Origin: Candidatus Baldrarchaeota archaeon
GTDB lineage: Archaea; Asgardarchaeota; Baldrarchaeia; Baldrarchaeales; DXJG01
NCBI GenBank assembly: GCA_019056805.1
Contig: DXJG01000002.1
Location: forward strand, 166,907-198,906
Direction of reading: 5' to 3'
DNA length: 32,000 nucleotides
Shown: in pieces, positions 25,253-32,000 of the stretch
Numbering within the stretch: position 1 is the stretch's first letter
How the letters are laid out: every line of letters starts with the position of its first letter
Made by a program: the position numbers and the translations under genes
The notes under the pieces: model-generated
The model's database searches: none
Told to the model about the DNA's origin: nothing
Seen by the model: only the letters and a program-made list of their open reading frames with translations

Positions 25253-25573
25253 TCACATACCTTCTTTTATTCTTTCTATTATTTTGTTTAACCTTTCCTT
25301 GTCTTCAGCTGCTATTACAACATTTTTATAGCTTGGAAGAGCAATGGAAACTTCTTTAATGAAAAGTTGTAGAGCTATATGAGCAGGGTGTTCCGAGACA
25401 TCCAGCGATCCGTCTTCGAAAACAAATGACGCTTCCTTCCATGTCTTTTTTTCTTCGTCCACAGGCCATAATGCATAAGCATAATCATCCGTCATAAGCA
25501 CTATTGATGGAGAGCTTTTCCAAGCTTCTTCTACATATTCTAACATTTTTTGGGCATTTTCCTTTTTCCCCAT
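25253..25573 (-). CDS. hypothetical protein
   Basis: 106-aa ORF from ATG 25573 with GGAGGG upstream. Confidence 0.65.
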   Translation of the reverse strand: MGKKENAQKMLEYVEEAWKSSPSIVLMTDDYAYALWPVDEEKKTWKEASFVFEDGSLDVSEHPAHIALQLFIKEVSIALPSYKNVVIAAEDKERLNKIIERIKEGM

Positions 25574-25905
25574 AGCTTTCAACCCTCCACTATTACTCAC
25601 TCCAAATAAGTACAGCAATATTAGTAACGTCCTTACTTTCTTTAAGTTTTCACTAGCTTTTTACTTTCACTTTTATAGTTAAACCTAAATAAACACTATC
25701 ATCGGTACCATCATAACATTTTTCACCTTGCCAAATCAGTAATATTAACTTGGTGTACTAAGTTACTTGAAACCACATTTAAAACTGTATTAAAAGTATA
25801 TTAATTGCAGAGTGTAGAAACTGTCATTTAATCGATCATATATGGTCGTGCTTAACGAGATATTAATTCAAAATAGGGAATGTCGAAACTTAGGAGGCAT
25901 ATGTT

Positions 25906-28900
25906 TTGAAAGCGATGTTTAAGCATGCTTGCCCGAATTGTGAAGGTAAAATTTCTGATGAAAGATTAGCTATGGGAGTACCATGCGAAAACTGTCTGTC
26001 TATAGATATTAATCAACTAAAAAACCTATGTTCAAAAATGAATCCCTTGGAATTTAAAATAAAAATTCTGGACATTTTAAGGGCTCAAGGAACACTAAAA
26101 AAGTATTATGAACTTGTTAAAATCGAAAAAGAATTGGCCGAGTTTGAAGATTTATTTAGAAAGGGAACTGGAAGCAGGCTTTGGAGTGCACAGCGAGAGT
26201 GGGCAAGAAGAGTCTTAAAAGGGGTAAGCTTTGCCATAACCGCTCCCACGGGCATAGGTAAAACAGTATTTGGAATGACTATGGCCATATATCTAAGCAC
26301 TAAAGGCAAAAAATCCTATATTATTCTCCCCACAACAGTACTTGTTAAGCAGACACTAGATAGAATCAAAGAGTTTTTAGAAAAAACAGGAATTCAAATT
26401 AAGGTTGCTGGTTATTACGCCAAACTTTCCAAGGATGAAAGAGAAGAATTTAAGCATATGGTTGAAACTGGAGACTTTAATATACTTGTTACAACTTCAC
26501 AATATCTTGCATTAAAATTTGACGAAGTATCAAAACATAAATTCGATTTTGTATTCGTTGACGATGTAGATGCGCTCCTTAAGTTATCAAAAAACATCGA
26601 TAGAGTTTTGTTACTATTAGGGTTCAGCAACGAAGCTATTAATCTAAGTTTAAGATTAATAAAATTAAAGAAAGCGTATGTACGAGCAAGAGCAAATGAA
26701 ATAGATAAAATAGAACACGAAATAGAAGAAATAACAGAAAAAATAAATTCTCTAAAAGAAAAAACAAAGCCGGGAACATTAATAGTCTCCACTGCAACTG
26801 GTAAAGCAAGAGGCGATCGAGTGAAGTTGTTTAGAGAGTTGTTAAACTTTACAATCGGGTCAGCAAGTGAAGGTTACAGAAACGTTCAAGACCTTTATAT
26901 TCCAAGAGAAAGAAACGTAGAAGAACAGTTACATGCATTAGTTAAAAAACTAGGAGCAGGTGGAATTATCTTTGTCACACTCGAAGAAGGAATAGATTTT
27001 GCTGAAAAAATCGCCAATTTTCTAAATGAAAGGGGAGTTAAAGCTGAAGCTTTCCACGCAGGCAAGAAAAGCCCTGAAATCATAGATCAGTTTTCTAATG
27101 GTGAAATAGACATACTTATTGGGGTTGCAAGTCATTATGGACTTTTAGTCAGAGGTCTTGATCTACCACATCGCGTACGCTACGCTATTTTCACCGGGGT
27201 TCCAAAATTCAAATTCAGCTTAGATGTTAGCGAAGAAACCAGTCCAACAAGAATATACATGCTTCTATCCGAAATATCAGAATACTTACCCAGCGAGGAA
27301 AAAGAAAAAGCCGAAAACTTTCTCAGGAAAATCAGACAATACTTAATGAGACTAACACCAACACAGTTACAACAAATTAGAGATGCACTAACTGCCAAAA
27401 CAAAAATAAATAATACATATCTTCAAAACATCTTAGACCTCTATGTCAACGTCATAAATTTTGTTGATTCCATGCTTAAAAGAAAAGACATTCTTGATAA
27501 GATAAGAGAAAGTCCATTTATATCTCTAGAAAAAATAGACGAAGAACTCTATATACTAATACCAGATGTAAGAACCTACATTCAAGCTTCGGGAAGAACA
27601 TCGAGATTATTTGCAGGAGGAGTAGCTAAAGGGATTTCAATACTCCTAGTAGATAATGAAAAGATCTTCAACGGTCTTGTAAGGCAACTAAGATGGAGAT
27701 TCGAAGAAAGCGAATGGAAACATCTAAACGAAGTAGACCTAACTTCGCTACTTAAAGAAGTCGATGCCGACAGAGAACTTATTTTAAAAATTAAACGAGG
27801 AGAAATAACGATAGAATTAAAAGACCCAGTAAAATCAGCACTTCTCATAGTAGAATCTCCAAGTAAAGCATTTACTATTTCCACATTTTTCGGCAAACCA
27901 GCAAGAAGAAGATTACATGGATTACCAGTCTACGAAGTTGTAACTGGAGATTTAGACTTAAACGTAGCTGCAAGCGGAGGTCATATTTTTGATCTAGTTA
28001 CTGAAGAAGGGTTCCACGGTGTGATGACCGAAAACGGGGTTTTCATACCAATATATACAACAATAAAAAGATGTATGACATGCAGAGAACAATTTGTAGA
28101 AGATGTAGACAGGTGTCCACGATGTAAATCCACAGAAATAAAAAACTCCCTAGATAATGTAAAAGCACTAAGCGAAATAGCCTCTGAAGTAGATATAATC
28201 CTTATAGGAACCGATCCAGATTCTGTTACGGGAGATTCAGAAGTTTTGGTGAATTTAAATGGAAAAGTATTCCTATCTAGGATCGACGAACTATTTGAAA
28301 GATTAAAGAGTTCAAAAGAATTTTACTTTTTCACTAAGAGAAATCATGAATATCTTGAACCAAAAGATAATAGTTATTTAAAAGTATTAGGAGTTGATAA
28401 GCACTTTGACACTCGATGGGTAAATGTAAATTATTTCATTAGGCATAAAGTTCAAAAAGAAATTTATGAAATCGAAACAGCAACAGGCAGAAGTATAAAA
28501 GTGACTGGAGACCACTCCTTATTTACACTTAAAGATTTCCAGCTTCAAGAACTTAAAATAAGCGAAATTAAAATCGGAGATATGTTAGTAGTTCCACGAA
28601 GACTGGTATGTAATGAAAATAGTCTTGAATATATTGACATTTTAGATTTTAAAGACTTAGGTGCGAAAAAAGTAGACGAAAAACATGTTAAGATTGGAAA
28701 AAGTAAACCTATACCAAGATACATAAAGCTTGATAAAATTTTTCTCGAGTTTCTCGGTCTATGGATAGGTGATGGTTCATTCCACAAAGATAGATATGTA
28801 CGCATTTCTGTCATTGATAAAGAGTCAAGAAAAGTTGTAAAGGAAATAGCTAAGAGATTCGGAGCAAAGATATATGAAGAAAAGGACAATGCAACACTTA

Positions 28901-30900
28901 CAATAATGTCAAGGGCTCTTTACCTTATTTTAAAGAAAGTTTTCGGTTTAAAGCATGGTGCAGGTTCAAAAGAAGTTCCATCTATAATTTTTTCTCTTTC
29001 TAAAGAACAAATATCAGCTTTTCTAAGAGGATACATCAGTGCTGATGGTACTGTGTCTAAAGGAGAACCTAATTTTTCAACAAAATCCAAAAAACTCTTT
29101 GAACAACTTAGAACGCTATTTCTAATGTTAGGAATTGTGGTTAAAAAATACGAAGATAACGGGGTTCTTAGAGGATTTATCCATGCAGAGTGGATATCCG
29201 ATTTCATAAATAAAATTGGCTTTCTTCAGGAAAGTAAAAATAGTAAGATAACTCCTAAGAAAGGAATAAGGAATTACATAGATGTATTTCCCGTGGAAGG
29301 GTTAAAAGGATGCATTAAGACGAATCCCAGTTATGCAGAGGCAATATATAGATCTGGGATAATGGGAAGACGGAGATTGGAGAACTTTTTGCCATTTATA
29401 AAAAATGAAACATTGAAAGAGACTGTTAAAAGCGTTCTAAATTCGGATATTATGGTCGAAAAAGTTGTTAAAATTAGAAAAATAGAAAAATTTAATGATT
29501 ATGTTTATGATTTTGATACGGAAACTGATAACTTTATAGCAAACAATATTCTCGCCCATAATACCGAGGGGGAGAAAATTGGTTGGGATATAGCTACTGT
29601 CTTATCACCGTATGCGCACCAAATTAAACGTGTAGAATTTCATGAAATAACAAAAATGGCGATTAGGAATGCGCTTGAAAATCTTAAAGAAATAGATGAA
29701 AACAGAGTATCAGCACAACTGGTACGTAGAATAGAGGATAGATGGATAGGTTTCGAGTTAAGTAGACGTCTTTGGCAAAGATTTCGGGATTATCATCTCT
29801 CTGCAGGCAGAGTTCAGACCCCGGTTTTAGGTTGGATAATAGAAAGATATAAGGAATTTCTAAAAAGTTGGAAATATGTTTTCTGGGTGAAGCTATCAAA
29901 TCAATACATAGTGGAGCTCAGAGATCTTGGGGGAAAGCCTTACGAGATTGCTGAGAAACTTCGCGGTTCAGATGTTAAAATTATATTCCTTGAGGAAACT
30001 TTAGAAGATTTGAATCCACCTCCACCATTTACAACTGATGAAATGTTGAGAGAAGCATCAAGACTCTTAAAATTCGGTGCACAAGAAACTATGATTCTTG
30101 CACAAGCGCTTTTCGAATCCGGTCTAATAACTTACCATAGAACGGATAGTCACCGAGTAAGTAATGTAGGAATAAGAATCGCTAAGGAATACATAACTCA
30201 AGAAATTGGTGAAGAGTATTTTCATGCAAGAAAATGGGGAACAGAGGAAGAAGGAGCTCATGAATGTATCCGTCCAACACGTCCACTAAACGTGGAAAGA
30301 CTAAGAACTCTAATAGAGGAAGGAGTAATAAAAACAGCAGAAACAATGACATGGCAACACTACAAACTATATCAACTCATATTCAACAGATTTATTGCAA
30401 GCCAAATGACACCTGCGAAAATAAAAAGAATGAAGGCAAAAATAAAGTTCAATGAAATAGTTGAGACTGAAATAGAAGGAATTACAGAAATAGTTGAACC
30501 AGGATTTACAACGATACAACCAATAAAAACGATACCCAAATTAAAAGAACCACTAAGCGTAGTTGATGTTAAATTCAAAAAAATACCAACAATAAGTCTT
30601 TATACGCAAGGAGATATTGTTGAACTCATGAAAAAGAGAGGAATAGGAAGACCATCTACGTATGCAACAATAATACAAACATTACTTGAAAGAGGTTATG
30701 TAGAAGAGAAAAACAAAATGTTAAAACCTACAAAACTGGGAATCAAAGTATACGAGTACCTATCAAAATTTTACAGCAACTTAGTATCAGAAGAAAGAAC
30801 TAGAGAACTGGAAAGAAAAATGGAAGAAATAGAAGAAGGAAAGGTAAATCATCAACAAATCTTAAAGGATCTCTACCAGGAAATAAAAAGTCTCAAATGA
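25906..30900 (+). CDS. rgy: reverse gyrase (intein-containing precursor)
   Basis: N-terminal CPNC..C..C Zn finger, APTGIGKT, DDVD, QASGRTSR, TOPRIM IVESPSKA, second Zn finger, catalytic ITYHRTDS, and GIGRPSTYA. Confidence 0.97.
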   Translation: MKAMFKHACPNCEGKISDERLAMGVPCENCLSIDINQLKNLCSKMNPLEFKIKILDILRAQGTLKKYYELVKIEKELAEFEDLFRKGTGSRLWSAQREWARRVLKGVSFAITAPTGIGKTVFGMTMAIYLSTKGKKSYIILPTTVLVKQTLDRIKEFLEKTGIQIKVAGYYAKLSKDEREEFKHMVETGDFNILVTTSQYLALKFDEVSKHKFDFVFVDDVDALLKLSKNIDRVLLLLGFSNEAINLSLRLIKLKKAYVRARANEIDKIEHEIEEITEKINSLKEKTKPGTLIVSTATGKARGDRVKLFRELLNFTIGSASEGYRNVQDLYIPRERNVEEQLHALVKKLGAGGIIFVTLEEGIDFAEKIANFLNERGVKAEAFHAGKKSPEIIDQFSNGEIDILIGVASHYGLLVRGLDLPHRVRYAIFTGVPKFKFSLDVSEETSPTRIYMLLSEISEYLPSEEKEKAENFLRKIRQYLMRLTPTQLQQIRDALTAKTKINNTYLQNILDLYVNVINFVDSMLKRKDILDKIRESPFISLEKIDEELYILIPDVRTYIQASGRTSRLFAGGVAKGISILLVDNEKIFNGLVRQLRWRFEESEWKHLNEVDLTSLLKEVDADRELILKIKRGEITIELKDPVKSALLIVESPSKAFTISTFFGKPARRRLHGLPVYEVVTGDLDLNVAASGGHIFDLVTEEGFHGVMTENGVFIPIYTTIKRCMTCREQFVEDVDRCPRCKSTEIKNSLDNVKALSEIASEVDIILIGTDPDSVTGDSEVLVNLNGKVFLSRIDELFERLKSSKEFYFFTKRNHEYLEPKDNSYLKVLGVDKHFDTRWVNVNYFIRHKVQKEIYEIETATGRSIKVTGDHSLFTLKDFQLQELKISEIKIGDMLVVPRRLVCNENSLEYIDILDFKDLGAKKVDEKHVKIGKSKPIPRYIKLDKIFLEFLGLWIGDGSFHKDRYVRISVIDKESRKVVKEIAKRFGAKIYEEKDNATLTIMSRALYLILKKVFGLKHGAGSKEVPSIIFSLSKEQISAFLRGYISADGTVSKGEPNFSTKSKKLFEQLRTLFLMLGIVVKKYEDNGVLRGFIHAEWISDFINKIGFLQESKNSKITPKKGIRNYIDVFPVEGLKGCIKTNPSYAEAIYRSGIMGRRRLENFLPFIKNETLKETVKSVLNSDIMVEKVVKIRKIEKFNDYVYDFDTETDNFIANNILAHNTEGEKIGWDIATVLSPYAHQIKRVEFHEITKMAIRNALENLKEIDENRVSAQLVRRIEDRWIGFELSRRLWQRFRDYHLSAGRVQTPVLGWIIERYKEFLKSWKYVFWVKLSNQYIVELRDLGGKPYEIAEKLRGSDVKIIFLEETLEDLNPPPPFTTDEMLREASRLLKFGAQETMILAQALFESGLITYHRTDSHRVSNVGIRIAKEYITQEIGEEYFHARKWGTEEEGAHECIRPTRPLNVERLRTLIEEGVIKTAETMTWQHYKLYQLIFNRFIASQMTPAKIKRMKAKIKFNEIVETEIEGITEIVEPGFTTIQPIKTIPKLKEPLSVVDVKFKKIPTISLYTQGDIVELMKKRGIGRPSTYATIIQTLLERGYVEEKNKMLKPTKLGIKVYEYLSKFYSNLVSEERTRELERKMEEIEEGKVNHQQILKDLYQEIKSLK
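28222..29562 (+). mobile_element. intein with LAGLIDADG homing endonuclease (447 aa) in reverse gyrase
   Basis: Junctions GTDPD|SVTGDSEV and ILAHN|TEGEKIG. Block B SIKVTGDHSLF; LAGLIDADG motifs FLGLWIGDGS and FLRGYISADGT. Confidence 0.95.
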
Positions 30901-30941
30901 TTCTAATAGAAATATTTCGAGATAATTTTCACCATCGCTTT

Positions 30942-31496
30942 TTAAGCTCTAAACCACGTAAATACGTAATATATCGGTTTACCGTCAGGACTTATTGTTG
31001 ATATTATGAATTTCTTTCTCACGGTAGTTGCAAGTCTACCGGATCTCACTATTTCTAATGCAGAAAGTTTCGAGTTCATCGGTAAAACATGAACTAAGAA
31101 AGGGGCGTGATCAATTCCAGGACCATGCTCATAAACAGCAAAATCAGCACCAAACTTCATTCCAGGCCGAACAACATATCCTTTCTCCCTAAGATCTTTA
31201 TACACTATGTATTTTTCCTCAAATTTTTCGTGAATTTTTGACGCAATTTTCTTAAATTCTTCAAATGTTAATTCACGGTTCGTCTCCGCATCTATTAAAA
31301 TAAGTCTATTCTTTTCCATTAAATATAACGCTTCTAAAAAAGATAGTTCTAAAGGCTTATTGAAACTAGGGGCTTTCGGCTTTCTGATTCCAAGAGGTTT
31401 ACCATAAAATCCTTCAGCATAAAGTTTTGAGCCTTGTTCAGGATTCCAAACGACAACTCTACTTCCAAGAAATTCTCCTCGAATCTTTTCCGACAT
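30942..31496 (-). CDS. endA: tRNA-splicing endonuclease, catalytic (alpha) subunit
   Basis: Motifs LELSFLEALYL, VYKDLREKGYVV, KFGADFAVY, HAPFLV and RKKF. Confidence 0.93.
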   Translation of the reverse strand: MSEKIRGEFLGSRVVVWNPEQGSKLYAEGFYGKPLGIRKPKAPSFNKPLELSFLEALYLMEKNRLILIDAETNRELTFEEFKKIASKIHEKFEEKYIVYKDLREKGYVVRPGMKFGADFAVYEHGPGIDHAPFLVHVLPMNSKLSALEIVRSGRLATTVRKKFIISTISPDGKPIYYVFTWFRA

Positions 31497-31506
31497 TTTT
31501 TCCCTC

Positions 31507-31998
31507 CTAACCTAACTTACCGACTGCTATGATTCTTACCGCATCCGCTGCATCTTCTGCAATATCAGCAATCTCCTCAATATGCCTAACAAAATCTATC
31601 ACTTTAATTAAGGTTTTTGCGCTTATATCCAAGTTGTAAAGCGTGTGGACAATAACTCTTTGTAGTACATCAACTTTTCTCTCCGATTCGTCAACTTCTT
31701 CAGCTATCTTTATGGCTTTTTCCACGTTTTGAGGAAGCATGAAAATTGCTTCTCTTAATTTTTCAACAGACTTTACAACCCATTCAATGAATTCTCTAAA
31801 CATGTCAGCTAATTCGCCCTGAGGACGCCAATCACGTAAATGTGATAGTCTAAAGCTCGTTGCGTCAGCATAATCAGCTATTTCATCTGCAATAAGACTT
31901 AATCGCATAAGATCTTCTCGCTGTATTAATGTAGCAGCCTTAGAAACCTCATCTAGTAATGCTCTTTTTATTTCATCTGCTTCTTTTTCTAAGGACGA
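31507..31998 (-). CDS. DUF47 / PhoU-like protein (5' truncated by window edge)
   Basis: Frame is open to the window end (..LEKEADEIKRALL..REDLMRL..IADYA..ERKVD..IEEIADIAEDAAD). Confidence 0.85.
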   Translation of the reverse strand, partial: SSLEKEADEIKRALLDEVSKAATLIQREDLMRLSLIADEIADYADATSFRLSHLRDWRPQGELADMFREFIEWVVKSVEKLREAIFMLPQNVEKAIKIAEEVDESERKVDVLQRVIVHTLYNLDISAKTLIKVIDFVRHIEEIADIAEDAADAVRIIAVGKLG

Positions 31999-32000
31999 AA

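Noticed and set aside
25901-25909. ATG-TTT-TGA mini-ORF overlapping the rgy TTG start
   Set aside because: It is only 3 nt from the SD, while the TTG has optimal 8-nt spacing. Probably incidental.
499-30578. Many antisense or overlapping ORFs in the track (e.g. 499-711, 1610-1999, 4435-4692, 9390-9794, 17182-17520, 24257-24925, 26415-29207)
   Set aside because: They lie opposite or inside well-supported genes, have Ser/Ile/Phe-rich shadow composition, and show no motifs.
1-32000. CRISPR arrays, tRNA genes, IS elements, prophage genes
   Set aside because: I saw no periodic direct repeats, TpsiC/cloverleaf patterns, transposase or integrase motifs, or viral hallmark genes.

Overview
This is an AT-rich archaeal chromosomal window with no tRNA/rRNA genes, CRISPR array or transposase that I can see. 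Reverse gyrase implies a (hyper)thermophile. A Rab-like GTPase with all five RabF motifs, TIP49/RuvBL, eL13 and a protein with a Vps28-C-like tail point to an Asgard archaeon (inference). Content: mostly housekeeping genes (gltX, endA, reverse gyrase carrying a 447-aa LAGLIDADG intein, AglH-like GlcNAc-1-P transferase, MEMO1, SPFH, two DUF47 genes), an RNA-modification/ribosome-biogenesis cluster (NusB-RsmB, Pno1/Dim2-like KH, TmcA/Nat10, ASCH-HTH, eL13), and an orphan PD-(D/E)xK nuclease. Most interesting: (1) the ac4C writer TmcA/Nat10 is followed after 5 bp by a YqfB-like ASCH-HTH protein, a candidate ac4C eraser or reader, and a long hairpin covers the likely Nat10 start; (2) four GC-rich structured intergenic RNA candidates (12.3 kb; 13.7 kb with a textbook K-turn; 18.9 kb with a pseudoknot; 24.0 kb C/D-like), none of which I can match to a known family except the C/D-like one; (3) a Vps28-C-like fusion inside the glycosylation operon. 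Two small genes missed by the ORF track were also found. All family calls come from motif recognition by eye; no searches were run.
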